A stretch of DNA of 62,869 bases, the filler included, from an uncultured Ignavibacteriales bacterium (lineage in GTDB: Bacteria; Zixibacteria; MSB-5A5; GN15; JAAZOE01), in the NCBI GenBank assembly GCA_964611355.1. It is 6 parts of 6 records of this genome, joined end to end, with 100 filler letters (N's around TTAATTAATTAA, not from the genome) between each part and the next. Parts side by side here need not be neighbours in the genome. Positions count along the whole stretch, not along the records: positions 1 to 11,858 come from CAZSYD010000066.1; 5 more parts are not named here. One strand, given 5' to 3'. The position numbers and the translations under genes are program-made. Positions 1-10,561 of this stretch are shown here, in pieces; the stretch's first letter is position 1, and every line of letters starts with the position of its first letter. Under the pieces are notes generated by a model. It worked only from the letters and a program-made list of their open reading frames with translations, ran no database searches and had not been told where the DNA came from.

Positions 1-911
1 CTGACGACCCTGGTTCCGGTAACGGCTACAGGCGAGGTATAGCTCCAGCCGCCGGAGGGATTGGGGTCGCCGTCATTGTCGGCGATCCAGGCGATATTGA
101 CGGTGTCCTCATCGATGCACCACTCAGGCGGCATCCTGACCGTCCTCCGGAAACCGCAGATGTCATCGGCATAGCCGGTCGATTCCTTTGACTTGTGATA
201 AACATCAGCGTCAACGTAAAGGGCGACGTATAGGTCCTTTATCGGAAAAGGCCCGATGTTGGTAATCTTGTAATCGAACAGGACAAAATCCTCGGCGTAG
301 TCGTAGCTCCAGGCGTAGCTGTTCTGCTGGACGGAGACATTTATAGGGATATGCGGGCGATTGTCGATGGGATCAGTGCCGGTAAGGCCCGGATTGGTAT
401 TAGTATCGGTAAAAGTACAGATGATATCCTGCTCGGAAATGGCATTAATATCAAAGTTGGTTTTTGATTTGATATTCGATATGGAGATCATGGCCCCGGC
501 ATCTCCGGCGTCGGGGAAAAGTTCCGAGATGTGGTACCACCCGTCTCCCCCCACTGAAACCAGCGTATCTCGACCGATAACGGCGCCAATCCAGACAGCT
601 CCGCAATATAGATAGTCCAGATTGGAGTTAATCGGGTATTCGCAACCAAGTAGCAGCTTGCCATCCAATATGGGTGAGGATATATAGCCGTCCCCAAAAG
701 TGCCGAAATTGGTTACGGCAAGCTTTATCTTGCTGATTCTGTGGGCGTCATATTGAGTGTTTGGCGAGGTTTCATCCGTCGGCTTAAGAAAGGCGTCACC
801 CCCGCCCGGCTGGTATGAATCAAAAAGAGCGCGGGCCCCGATCGGCGTGACCAGAGAAAAACTCAGCATAGATACCAATATCAATGAAAACGCGCCATTT
901 TTGACAGTCAT
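1..911 (-). CDS. Large secreted protein, 5' part (runs off window); paralog of 3700-6213
   Basis: Not in ORF track. Hand translation from ATG at 911: MTVKNGAFSLILVSMLSFSLVTPIGA signal peptide, then DTLVSVG, DPIDNRPHIP, YAWSYDYAEDF, YVDADVYH, DDICG and IAWIADNDGDP blocks shared with 3700-6213; open to the window edge. Confidence 0.9.
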   Translation of the reverse strand, partial: MTVKNGAFSLILVSMLSFSLVTPIGARALFDSYQPGGGDAFLKPTDETSPNTQYDAHRISKIKLAVTNFGTFGDGYISSPILDGKLLLGCEYPINSNLDYLYCGAVWIGAVIGRDTLVSVGGDGWYHISELFPDAGDAGAMISISNIKSKTNFDINAISEQDIICTFTDTNTNPGLTGTDPIDNRPHIPINVSVQQNSYAWSYDYAEDFVLFDYKITNIGPFPIKDLYVALYVDADVYHKSKESTGYADDICGFRRTVRMPPEWCIDEDTVNIAWIADNDGDPNPSGGWSYTSPVAVTGTRVV

Positions 912-1139
912 ACTTCTACCCTTTATTATCAGTAGCTTTTCTTTTCGTTTCGGCCTGTCGCCATTATGAAGACAATCAGACCGCATGGTTGTCAAATCGA
1001 AACATGCCGCCAAGATGCAAAAAAATGACCGGGAAGGAAACTTTTTTTTAGATTACGAACCAAATTTCTTTACCTTCGAATTTCGTATTTGCCGTTTTTG
1101 GGCGTGATTTATCCCCGGAAAATGGTATAATAGCAAATT

Positions 1140-2402
1140 ATGGAAACCGCCCTTTTCCGGCGCGCCCGGGCCGAGTTTGGCGCCTTTGATAATCGCATAT
1201 ACATCCTTGCCGTTGGCCGGCTGGTTACTGCCGCCGGTTTTGCCATGGTAATCCCTTTCATGTCGATCTACTTCTACCAGGAGCTTGGGATGTCGATGAG
1301 CTCCATCGGGTTGTTTTTTGGTTTTTCCGCAGTGTTGCGATCGGCGCCGCAGCCGTTTGCCGGCTGGTTGTCGGATCGTTTGGGCCGAGTGCCGATTATG
1401 GGCTGGTCACAGATACTTCGTGCCGTTACTTTTACCGGAGTCAGCTACGCCATCATATCGGGCGCCGGATTCTGGACTATTGCCGTCCTGATCTCATTCA
1501 ATTACATCTTCGGTGCGGTGCTTCATCCCGCCGCCAACGCCATGGTTGCGGAGCTGGTCAAAAAGGAGCAGCGGATAAAAGGTTTCGCTATGATGCGGAT
1601 CGCGGTTAATCTGGGATGGGCCATCGGCCCGGCTTTGGGCGGCTTTATTGCTCATCGGTCATACGGAGCGCTTTTTTTTCTGGCGGCCATACTGGCGCTT
1701 TTGTCCGGCCTGTTTTTCTTGATTTTCCTGAAAGAAGTTCCCCGAACGAAAAAAACCGAAACTCACGCTTTCAAGCCGGCGGATATATTTACTTTTCGTA
1801 AAGACCGAAAGCTGTTCGAGCACTGCCTGATATCATTTGTTCTATTCCTGGCCGTTGCGCAGCTTATCGCGACACTATCGGTTTACAGCGTTGATGCTAT
1901 CGGCATCAGTCGAGCTCAACTGGGAGCTTTGTATGCCGTCAACGGAGGAATGGTCGTTTTTCTGCAATATTTTATATCACATATTTTCAGGAAATTCAAA
2001 CTGACCAGCCAACTGGCGATTGGTTCGGGAGTTTATGCCGCAGGTTATTTCCTGGTTGGACTGGCTTCCGGCTTTGCCTTTCTTGTGTGCTGCATGGCAA
2101 TAATCACAATAGGGGAAATGATCGTCTCGCCTCCTTCGGTTACGATTGTCGCGAACCTGTCTTCCCCCGAAGAATATGGCCGCTACATGGGTTTGTTCGG
2201 GTTTTTTCAAACGACAGGATGGTCGCTGGGACCGACTGTTGGAGGAGGATTGCTTGATCTTTTTGCCGAAACCCCGATACTAATGTGGTTTTCCGTTTCA
2301 ATCCTGGCCGTAATCGCATTTGTTCTTTTTATTAATTTCGGCAGAAAATTGCCCGGAGATATTAATAGCGGACTCAAGACCGCCGAGGCCGTTCATGGCT
2401 GA
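1140..2402 (+). CDS. MFS transporter (DHA1/MdtH-like)
   Basis: 420 aa, about 12 hydrophobic segments, motif A GWLSDRLGR, GWAIGPALGG. Confidence 0.9.
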   Translation: METALFRRARAEFGAFDNRIYILAVGRLVTAAGFAMVIPFMSIYFYQELGMSMSSIGLFFGFSAVLRSAPQPFAGWLSDRLGRVPIMGWSQILRAVTFTGVSYAIISGAGFWTIAVLISFNYIFGAVLHPAANAMVAELVKKEQRIKGFAMMRIAVNLGWAIGPALGGFIAHRSYGALFFLAAILALLSGLFFLIFLKEVPRTKKTETHAFKPADIFTFRKDRKLFEHCLISFVLFLAVAQLIATLSVYSVDAIGISRAQLGALYAVNGGMVVFLQYFISHIFRKFKLTSQLAIGSGVYAAGYFLVGLASGFAFLVCCMAIITIGEMIVSPPSVTIVANLSSPEEYGRYMGLFGFFQTTGWSLGPTVGGGLLDLFAETPILMWFSVSILAVIAFVLFINFGRKLPGDINSGLKTAEAVHG

Positions 2403-3585
2403 AGTCAACGATATTAAAAACGCCGAGTTTGCCTTTATATATACTGATATCGGGCGCGGTCACCCGAGTTATCTCGACGGAATTATCGAACGGCTCCAAA
2501 ATGATTACCCGTCAATCCGCTATTATCGGACGAATGTCTTTGATATTTCCAGAGGATGGTCACTTTGCGCCTGGCGTTTGGTCAAATGGATGTACCGGTT
2601 TGGAGCCAGGGGTGGTCTTATTACGTCAATTTATGGTCTGGCGCGGCGATTTTCGGGTGCGGGCGAAGGGAGCGGTCTGTTTCTTTACCGGCTTGGACGC
2701 GACATAAGAAAATTGGTTGAACGTTATGATAATCCGGTGGTAGTGGCACATCCGATTTTGGCGAAGATACTTTTAAAAAAATGCCGCGTTATTTATCAAC
2801 ATGGAGAACTGGCCTGCCCCGCCGAAGCGGTTATTAAAGGAGACCATAAGATATTGGTCCCGCTGGACGATGTCGCCGCGAAATTCGAAAAAGCAGGGGT
2901 CGATTCCGGAAATCTGTCGGTAACAGGCCAATGTATTGAAAGCGGGCTGGTCGATCTGGCCGAATCGGCTTTTGAAAAGCGCCTGGAACGCCTTAAAGGT
3001 AATAAACATCTTACGGCGGTCCTCTTTTCTTCGGGAGCTTATCCATCCGCCCATTTACGGAAACTCCGCTGTGCTGCACGGTCGCTTTTGCGGGCAGGCC
3101 ATAACGTTATCTTCTTCGCCGGATTATCATCCCGGATCGCCGATAAGTTCCGCGATTATTTCAATCGAGTCGGTTTTTCTGCCGGTGATAAGGTTGGTGA
3201 CGATACGCAGCTGCGCATAATCTCATCCGAAAGTCGTCAGGATGAAAATCAGAAAGTAACCGCTCTCTTTAACTTTTTTGATTTCTTTATCGCACCGGCG
3301 CATGAGCGAACCAATTGGTCGGTCGGACTGGGACTGCCGCAGTTTATTCCATGCCCTCATATCGGTTCGTATGCTCCTCTTAACGCCGCCATAGCGATTG
3401 AGCGCGGAGTCGCGCGGGAGATTGCCGACGTCAGAACCGCCGCGAGTTTTGCAGAAAGCATGAACTCACTGAGACAAAACGGCGAACTGACTGATATGGC
3501 CCGCCGGGGATTCGGCCATACCCCAATTGACGGTTTTTCCGGATGCGTCATGGTCCTTCTCGACATGCGTGAACAAAGCGGTTGA
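2395..3585 (+). CDS. Putative GT-B glycosyltransferase-like protein
   Basis: ATG at 2395 overlaps the MFS stop; N-terminal YTDIGRGH (GxGH) and C-terminal HERTNWSVGLGLP resemble GT-B nucleotide-sugar motifs. Confidence 0.5.
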   Translation: MAEVNDIKNAEFAFIYTDIGRGHPSYLDGIIERLQNDYPSIRYYRTNVFDISRGWSLCAWRLVKWMYRFGARGGLITSIYGLARRFSGAGEGSGLFLYRLGRDIRKLVERYDNPVVVAHPILAKILLKKCRVIYQHGELACPAEAVIKGDHKILVPLDDVAAKFEKAGVDSGNLSVTGQCIESGLVDLAESAFEKRLERLKGNKHLTAVLFSSGAYPSAHLRKLRCAARSLLRAGHNVIFFAGLSSRIADKFRDYFNRVGFSAGDKVGDDTQLRIISSESRQDENQKVTALFNFFDFFIAPAHERTNWSVGLGLPQFIPCPHIGSYAPLNAAIAIERGVAREIADVRTAASFAESMNSLRQNGELTDMARRGFGHTPIDGFSGCVMVLLDMREQSG

Positions 3586-3699
3586 TGATTGGGCGGGCCG
3601 GAATTATATTATGCTCGTAGATTTTGTACGAACGACCGAATCGCTTCATATTCGGGCGAAAAGAGGCGGTTTGACTTAAATACTAATGTCGGTGAATAT

Positions 3700-6213
3700 A
3701 TGAGATACAGCAGGCTGATTTGGCTGGTTTTGATTCCTTTTCTTTTTGGCGCGGAAGTAGCAACCGCCGCCGCCGTTTTTTATCCGGGTAAGAGCAATGA
3801 TCGTCTTATCAGTCCCAAAACCCAGGCGTTTGATAGTCCCAATTGGTGTATTGAGGTTCATAAAATAAACAATATGTGGCTGACGATTTCGAACGGGGGC
3901 ACATTTGGAATAGGTTTTGCCAATTCGCAAATCGATCCGGAAACCGGTCTGCCTGCGCCGTCGTGCGAGTTCCCGGCCAATTCCAATATAACCTACCTTT
4001 ATGTGGCCGCTTTTTGGGCCGGCGCCGTGGTCGGGCATGATACGCTGGTTTCAGTGGGGGCCGAGGGATACTTTTATGACATCAACGAGTTCTGGCCGCA
4101 ACCCGGGGAAGAAGGGGCTATTATTCGTCGGAGTAATATGAAGACCTCGCTCGATTATTCGCCCGACGCCGTCTCGGAACAGGATTTCATCTGCAGTTAT
4201 ACCGATACTTTCACCGATCCCGGTCTGACCAGTATCGATCCCATCGACAACCGTCCTCATATTCCGCTTGGCTTGGAAGTCAAACAGCGCACATACGCCT
4301 GGAGTTATGACTATGCCGAGGATTTTATAATTTTCGACTACACCATAAAAAATATCAATATCTTTCCGCTTAAGGATATTTACTTTGGCATTTACGTGGA
4401 CGCTGATGTCTATCATGAATCGCGACAGGGGGGAACGGCATGGAATGATGATATTTGCGGTTATCTTCATTCAGTGCCGTCATCCGATCCGCCCGGTTTC
4501 GAAGATACGGTTCGCATCGCCTGGACGGCCGATAACGACGGCGACCCGTCCGAAGTTGGCGGGACGCCTGTTTTTAATTATACCTCGGCGAGGGCTTTGA
4601 CCGGCACGGCCGTGCTTCGGACACCCAACCCTGATCTGAAATACTCATTCAATTGGTGGATTGCCAACGGCAATCCAACCCTCGACTGGGGCCCGCGCAT
4701 GGCCGGAACCGAAGAGAAACCGTTTCGCGATTTCGGGACGGGCATGGGTTCGCCCACCGGCGATAAGAATAAATACTATATCCTTTCCAGCAACGAATTC
4801 GATTATAATCAGCTTGAATCGGCCATAAGCCATACCAGCGAAGGGTTCATGGCTCCGCCGCGCGATGCCGAGGATTTCGCCGACGGATTTGATGCGCGCT
4901 ATCTTTTCTCCTTCGGGCCGTTTGATCTCCAGCCCGATGACACGTTGCCGATTACGCTGGCTTATGTGGCTGGCGATTGGTTTCATCAGGAGTCGGACGA
5001 TTTTATCAAATTCTGGGACGCTTATCAGCCTCGGTTTTATCAGAACCATCTGAGTTTCGCCGATCTCGGAATCAACGCTATGTGGGCGCAATGGATTTTC
5101 GACAATCCCGGCGTCGATACCGACGATGACGGCGATTCCGGCAGGGTGCGCTGGGTGATCGATTCGACCAACATGGATTCAACCGGCTTTTTCTATGCCG
5201 GTGACGGCGTCCCTGATTTGCGGGGAGCCTCGCCGCCCCCGCCGCCGGAAGTAAGGGTTTTACCGGACTTCGGCAAACTGCGCGTCAGGTGGAACGGGCA
5301 ATTAAGCGAAAACAATATCGACATATTTTCCGATCTCAAGGATTTTGAGGGGTATCGCGTTTATTACGGCGAGGACAATCGGGTCGGCGATTATGTTCTT
5401 CTGGCGACCTACGACCGAGATGATTACAATCTTTACACCTGGGATCCGGTGATGCAGCGCTGGAATATATCCGATATGCCTTTTACGCGCGATTCCATTG
5501 AAACGTTATTTGGAGAAGGATTTGATCCCAATTATTTTACGAATCCGGCATCGCCATGTGAGAAGAACGGAGTATTTTACTATTTTCGTCCCCAGGAATG
5601 GAACGATTCGAACCTTTCAAACCTGCACGGCATCCATCGCCTCTACCCGGAAGCCGATCTGAACGACCGCGGTGATACTACAGAGGATGGTTATCACCGT
5701 ATTTACGAGTATGAATATATCATCGAGAATCTTCAACCATCCAAGCCCTATTACGTCACCGTGACCGCTTTCGATTTTGGCAGCCGCAAAATCGCCCTGT
5801 CATCGTTGGAATCGGCGTTCAATATAAATTCCGTTCTGGCCTATCCGCTTCCGTCGACTGAAGTGGTGGAAAAGGAAGGGTTGAATGTGATGGTTTATCC
5901 CAATCCGTACCGCATTGACGGCGGCTATGCGGCGGCGGGATACGAAAACCGCGATCGTACCAAATCGGCTGAGCGGTCGCGTTCCATTCATTTCTATAAT
6001 CTGCCTTCGATTTGTACTATTCGTATCTATACCGTCAGCGGCGATCTGGTGCAGGAGATTGAGCATTATCGTCCGGACGCCGGTCCCGACGCGCAGCACG
6101 AACGCTGGAATTTAATCAGTCGCAACACGCAGGCGGTCGTCACCGGCATCTATATTTATCATGTTTCATCCTCAATGGGCGAGCAGTTGGGCAAGATTGT
6201 GATTATTAAATAG
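3700..6213 (+). CDS. Large secreted protein with C-terminal FlgD/T9SS-like sorting domain
   Basis: Signal peptide MRYSRLIWLVLIPFLFGAEVATA; Fn3-like DFEGYRVY...YYVTVTAFD; C-terminus VYPNPY...IHFYNLPSICTIRIYTVSGDLV...WNLISRN...TGIYIYHV...GKIVIIK. Confidence 0.85.
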   Translation: MRYSRLIWLVLIPFLFGAEVATAAAVFYPGKSNDRLISPKTQAFDSPNWCIEVHKINNMWLTISNGGTFGIGFANSQIDPETGLPAPSCEFPANSNITYLYVAAFWAGAVVGHDTLVSVGAEGYFYDINEFWPQPGEEGAIIRRSNMKTSLDYSPDAVSEQDFICSYTDTFTDPGLTSIDPIDNRPHIPLGLEVKQRTYAWSYDYAEDFIIFDYTIKNINIFPLKDIYFGIYVDADVYHESRQGGTAWNDDICGYLHSVPSSDPPGFEDTVRIAWTADNDGDPSEVGGTPVFNYTSARALTGTAVLRTPNPDLKYSFNWWIANGNPTLDWGPRMAGTEEKPFRDFGTGMGSPTGDKNKYYILSSNEFDYNQLESAISHTSEGFMAPPRDAEDFADGFDARYLFSFGPFDLQPDDTLPITLAYVAGDWFHQESDDFIKFWDAYQPRFYQNHLSFADLGINAMWAQWIFDNPGVDTDDDGDSGRVRWVIDSTNMDSTGFFYAGDGVPDLRGASPPPPPEVRVLPDFGKLRVRWNGQLSENNIDIFSDLKDFEGYRVYYGEDNRVGDYVLLATYDRDDYNLYTWDPVMQRWNISDMPFTRDSIETLFGEGFDPNYFTNPASPCEKNGVFYYFRPQEWNDSNLSNLHGIHRLYPEADLNDRGDTTEDGYHRIYEYEYIIENLQPSKPYYVTVTAFDFGSRKIALSSLESAFNINSVLAYPLPSTEVVEKEGLNVMVYPNPYRIDGGYAAAGYENRDRTKSAERSRSIHFYNLPSICTIRIYTVSGDLVQEIEHYRPDAGPDAQHERWNLISRNTQAVVTGIYIYHVSSSMGEQLGKIVIIK

Positions 6214-6243
6214 AAAAGCAGTATTTATTAAAAGTGGCCGCAA

Positions 6244-6278
6244 GTCGGGTTCCGAAGTCGCAGGCGGAGAAAACCGAC
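6244..6278 (+). repeat. REP-like palindromic repeat, copy 1 (degenerate)
   Basis: gtcgggttccga...ggcggagaaaaccgac, between convergent genes; matches copies at 35802, 43726, 59993. Confidence 0.6.
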
Positions 6279-6285
6279 AAATCGA

Positions 6286-6957
6286 CTAAAACCCTTCCGG
6301 CAGCGTATCGCCGCTTTCTCCGATGAGTATAATTGAACTGTCGGTTACTTCATATTGCCAGATATGACTGAGCGAACATACCGGGATGCAATCGCCGCCC
6401 CACCGAAATTGGAATTCATATTGGGGAAGATCTACGAATATCCGGCTACCGTCGGCCCCAATGGATACCGCTGAAGCCCATTCCACGCCGTTGGCGTAAT
6501 TATAAATCTCGGCGATACTGTCGGAATGATAGGGAAGAGCGAAGTTGATCTTCATCTGACGATATTGAGAATACCAGATTACATGGGCGGTATCGTAGAG
6601 GTTATTCAGTGAATCGAGGCCGTGATAAGTCCCGGCCTCGTATGCCGCGGCCGTGGCCGCCGTAAGCTGAACGGTTATCCGGCCAGCCGGCCGGTTTTCA
6701 AAATGCTTGACCTTGTTCATATCCGGAAACGTATCACGGATAGACCGCAGGTCTTCGTCAATTGTTTTATAAAGAGTTGTATCGGGCAAAAAGGTCGGGT
6801 CTACCTGCAGGGTCAGGTGTACCGCTTCGGTATCGCTGTAGTCGAATCTTTTTGGTTTCTCCGGGCCGGTCGAGCTGTCGTCCGAACCGCATCCGGCAGC
6901 AATTGCCATTCCGGTCAGGAGAATACAGGTCAAGGTTCTGATATGCGACGATGTCAT
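6286..6957 (-). CDS. Hypothetical lipoprotein
   Basis: Lipobox IAAGC after a hydrophobic stretch; C-terminal WGGDCIPVC Cys pair. Confidence 0.75.
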   Translation of the reverse strand: MTSSHIRTLTCILLTGMAIAAGCGSDDSSTGPEKPKRFDYSDTEAVHLTLQVDPTFLPDTTLYKTIDEDLRSIRDTFPDMNKVKHFENRPAGRITVQLTAATAAAYEAGTYHGLDSLNNLYDTAHVIWYSQYRQMKINFALPYHSDSIAEIYNYANGVEWASAVSIGADGSRIFVDLPQYEFQFRWGGDCIPVCSLSHIWQYEVTDSSIILIGESGDTLPEGF

Positions 6958-7183
6958 AAGGCCTTCCCTTATGTAAATTCGGCCAATAGTTGTACAATTT
7001 TATGATATATACGGCCTAAATCAAGGCAATTTAAACAGATGAGCGGTACTTGGTTTCCGTGTACGTTATGAAAGTGGGATATCATCGCTACAATATTTTC
7101 AATTCGCGGCCTTAGTGCCCTTGATTTATCTACGGCGAGTTTGTATATATAAATTTTTGCCGGAGTAACTGAGGTAGTTTTAT

Positions 7184-8137
7184 ATGAAGAGAATATTGGT
7201 TATCGGCGCGCTGGGTCAGATTGGGTCGGAGTTGATTATTGCCCTGCGGAGAAAATACGGCGACGACAACGTTATTGCCACCGATGTACGGATGCCGACC
7301 GACCGGACCCTGCGCGACGGCGGGCCGTTTGATTTTCTCGATGTCCTTGATGAAAACCATATTACGCGCGTTATGCGGCAATTTAAGGTTGATACTATCT
7401 TCCACATGGCCGCTATTCTTTCGGCTGTTGGAGAAACCCGCCCGAAGGTCGCCTGGCGGGTCAATGTCGATGGCCTGTATAATGTGCTCGAAGCGGCCCG
7501 GCAGTATAAATGCGCCCTGTTTTTCCCCAGCTCCATCGGCGCTTTTGGCCCGACCACACCCGGGGACAATACCCCCCAGGAGACTATCATGCGGCCTGAG
7601 ACGATGTATGGTATTACCAAGCTGGCGGGCGAGCTGCTTTGCGATTACTATTTCAAAAGGTTCGGCGTCGATGCCCGCAGCGTCCGTTTCCCGGGTTTGA
7701 TTTCGTATGAAACTAAGCCGGGCGGCGGTACGACCGATTATGCGGTGGAAATATTTTTCGAAGCGATCCGCCATAAGAAGTACACCTGCTATCTGCGTTC
7801 CGATACCTCGCTGGATATGATGTATATGCCCGACGCCATCAAGGCGATGATCGACCTGATGGAGGCCGACGGCAAAAAACTTATCCATCGCAACGCCTAT
7901 AACATTACCGCCATGAGCTTCACTCCGGAAAAACTCTCAGGGGAGATTCGCAAACATATTCCGGAGTTTGTCATCAATTATGACGTTGACCCTGTGCGCC
8001 AGGCGATAGCCGATTCGTGGCCGAACCGCATGGATGATTCCGCTGCCCGTGAAGAGTGGGGCTGGGCGCACGAATACGATCTTCCTCGAATGACAAAAGC
8101 CATGATCGAGACGTTATCCCGGAAGCCGGTCGCTTGA
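7184..8137 (+). CDS. tdh: L-threonine 3-dehydrogenase (SDR/epimerase type)
   Basis: GALGQIG Rossmann motif, HMAAILSAVGE, PSSIGAFG, YGITK (YxxxK), PGGGTTDYAV typical of SDR-type ThrDH; kbl in the same cluster. Confidence 0.85.
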   Translation: MKRILVIGALGQIGSELIIALRRKYGDDNVIATDVRMPTDRTLRDGGPFDFLDVLDENHITRVMRQFKVDTIFHMAAILSAVGETRPKVAWRVNVDGLYNVLEAARQYKCALFFPSSIGAFGPTTPGDNTPQETIMRPETMYGITKLAGELLCDYYFKRFGVDARSVRFPGLISYETKPGGGTTDYAVEIFFEAIRHKKYTCYLRSDTSLDMMYMPDAIKAMIDLMEADGKKLIHRNAYNITAMSFTPEKLSGEIRKHIPEFVINYDVDPVRQAIADSWPNRMDDSAAREEWGWAHEYDLPRMTKAMIETLSRKPVA

Positions 8138-8187
8138 ATGGCTAAGAGGAAGCTATTTGATCCGGGATTTTATGGCGGAGTAAGATT

Positions 8188-8562
8188 TTGATTTTCGGCA
8201 TCGGTATAGACGTAATAGAAGTGGCGCGGGTTGAGAAACAGGTTTGCAGTGAGAATGGCCTCAGAGAGAAACTGTTTACGACCGGTGAAATCGAGTACTG
8301 CGAATCGAAAAGATACAGTGCTCAAAACTATGCCGCTCGTTTTGCCGCCAAAGAAGCCTTTATGAAAGCAATGGGAACCTGCGGGCAGGATGCGCCTGCG
8401 TTTCGCGAGATAGAAATCGTCAACGATAAACGAGGAAGACCGGCGCTTGTATTGCACGGCAGGGCAGAGGAACTTGTAAAACTGAATAAAATTACAAACA
8501 TTCAGGTTTCTTTGTCGCATATAAAAGATTTTGCCGGCGCCATCGTTGTGCTGGAGAAGTAA
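8188..8562 (+). CDS. acpS: Holo-ACP synthase (4'-phosphopantetheinyl transferase)
   Basis: GIGIDVIE, ARFAAKEAFMKA, GRP, VSLSH; TTG start after GGAG. Confidence 0.95.
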   Translation: MIFGIGIDVIEVARVEKQVCSENGLREKLFTTGEIEYCESKRYSAQNYAARFAAKEAFMKAMGTCGQDAPAFREIEIVNDKRGRPALVLHGRAEELVKLNKITNIQVSLSHIKDFAGAIVVLEK

Positions 8563-8578
8563 AAAAGGAATGCCAACT

Positions 8579-10285
8579 ATGTCAAACGTGGGATTATACG
8601 AAGAAAGAATTAAAGATTTTGATTGGTCGATATCCGAAAAGGAACTTGGGTTCGAGAGGGGCGATGTACTCAATATAGGCTGGTACTGTTCGGACAGGAT
8701 TTGCCGCATGGGTAAAGCCGATAAGCCGGCTCTTATCTGGGAAGGCGTGGGTGGAGTAGAAAAAATATATACCTTCAACGATATCCGTCTGGCGAGTAAC
8801 GCAGTTGGCGCTTTTCTCAGAGGCCTGGGAATCAAAAACGAAGACAGAGTTTGCCTTTTCATGGATAAGATTCCGGAATTGTATCTCGGTTTATTGGGTG
8901 TCTTGAAGATTGGGGCGATTGCGCAACCGCTTTTCTCGGCTTTTGGCGATGAATCCCTGCATGTTCGGCTTGATAACGCCAAAACAACCGCGATTATCAC
9001 GCAGAGAAAGCATGTTTCCAAGATTCGAAGAATTATCGGCAAAATGCCGTATCTTAAGCGGATTATCATTGTCGATTATGACGGCCGAAAACCGCTTCAG
9101 GAAAGGGAAATAGCTTTCTCTCTGGAGGAATCGACACCTGTTGAGGAGCTTGAAATCTTCCCCACGAAAGCCGACTCGCCTTCGCTACTTCATTACACGT
9201 CCGGAACGACGGGGCAGCCCAAGGGGGTCAGGCATGTTCATTACTCGCTCATAGCCCAGTATTTATCGACCAAATGGGTTCTGGATTTGCAGGACGATGA
9301 TATCTATTGGTGCACCGCCGATCCGGGCTGGGTAACCGGCACTTCTTATGGAATCATCGGTCCTTGGAGTATGGGCGCTACTCAGTGCGTTCAGGACATT
9401 GGTTTTTCGGCGGAATCGTGGTATAAATTCATCGAAAAGCGAAAAATTACGGTATGGTATTCTGCGCCGACTGCCATCCGGTCTTTGATGAAAGCCGGAG
9501 ATGAACTGGTTGCCAGGCATGACCTCTCTTCTCTTCGGCACCTGGCCAGCGTGGGGGAGCCGCTTAATGCCGAAGCGGTCGTATGGTCGGAGAGAGTCTT
9601 TGGACGTCCCTTTCATGATACGTACTGGCAAACCGAGACGGGGTCGATAATGCTGACGAATTTCCCTGGAATGAAAATCAAACCCGGGTCGATGGGCAGA
9701 CCTTTTCCGGGAATCACCGCTGTTGTTCTTGATCTCAAAACATTTGAACCGATCAATGAACCCGGGCGCGTCGGTTTGATAGCATTCAAGCCGGGTTGGC
9801 CGTCCATGTTGAGAGGGTACTGGAACAACGAGGTGACCTATAAGGCCAAGTTCAAGAACGGGTGGTATCTTTCCGGGGATCGTTCGAGTATCGATAAGGA
9901 CGGCTATTTCTGGTTTACCGGACGCGACGACGATGTCATAAATACCGGCGGTCATCTTGTGAGTCCTTTTGAAGTGGAATCGGCGCTTTTGGAGCACGAG
10001 GCGGTGGCGGAATCGGCCGTGGTGGCAAAGCCGGACGAAGTCAATATGGAAGTCGTGAAAGCGTTCATAACCTTGAAACCGGGATATACTGCCGACGCCG
10101 ATCTTGAGTTGAAGATTATGAATTTTATCCGCAAAAAGCTCTCGCCTTTGGCCATGCCCCAGGATATTGAATATGTAAGCGCGCTTCCAAGGACCAGGAG
10201 CGGCAAAATCATGAGACGAATCCTGCGCGCCAAAGAGTGGGGTGAAGAGATCGGTGATACGTCCACCCTTGAAGACGACGAGTAA
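8579..10285 (+). CDS. acsA: AMP-forming acetate--CoA/ACP ligase (AcsA-like)
   Basis: YTSGTTGQPKG, ADPGWVTG, SVGEP, DTYWQTETG, GRDDD, PRTRSGKIMRR. Confidence 0.9.
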   Translation: MSNVGLYEERIKDFDWSISEKELGFERGDVLNIGWYCSDRICRMGKADKPALIWEGVGGVEKIYTFNDIRLASNAVGAFLRGLGIKNEDRVCLFMDKIPELYLGLLGVLKIGAIAQPLFSAFGDESLHVRLDNAKTTAIITQRKHVSKIRRIIGKMPYLKRIIIVDYDGRKPLQEREIAFSLEESTPVEELEIFPTKADSPSLLHYTSGTTGQPKGVRHVHYSLIAQYLSTKWVLDLQDDDIYWCTADPGWVTGTSYGIIGPWSMGATQCVQDIGFSAESWYKFIEKRKITVWYSAPTAIRSLMKAGDELVARHDLSSLRHLASVGEPLNAEAVVWSERVFGRPFHDTYWQTETGSIMLTNFPGMKIKPGSMGRPFPGITAVVLDLKTFEPINEPGRVGLIAFKPGWPSMLRGYWNNEVTYKAKFKNGWYLSGDRSSIDKDGYFWFTGRDDDVINTGGHLVSPFEVESALLEHEAVAESAVVAKPDEVNMEVVKAFITLKPGYTADADLELKIMNFIRKKLSPLAMPQDIEYVSALPRTRSGKIMRRILRAKEWGEEIGDTSTLEDDE

Positions 10286-10315
10286 AAGCTGAATTTCAAT
10301 AAACGGGAGACAGTC

Positions 10316-10561
10316 ATGGAAGAAATGAAAGATATTATCCTGAAGTATGTAATTGACGAGTATCTCGAAGATGAGGACGAAGAAATAAGTTTCGACACGC
10401 CGCTGATCTCCGGCGGGATCGTCGATTCCTTCTCCATGGTTTCTTTGAAAAGGTTTCTGGAAAACAAGTACAGTATTTCCATTCCGGACGACAAAGCCAC
10501 GCCGGAAGCTTTCGATTCGGTCAATAAAATCGTCATCTTAGTGAACGACTTTTTGAAATAA
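10316..10561 (+). CDS. Acyl carrier protein
   Basis: 81 aa, very acidic, GIVDSFSMV with the phosphopantetheine Ser; RBS GGGAG. Confidence 0.92.
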   Translation: MEEMKDIILKYVIDEYLEDEDEEISFDTPLISGGIVDSFSMVSLKRFLENKYSISIPDDKATPEAFDSVNKIVILVNDFLK

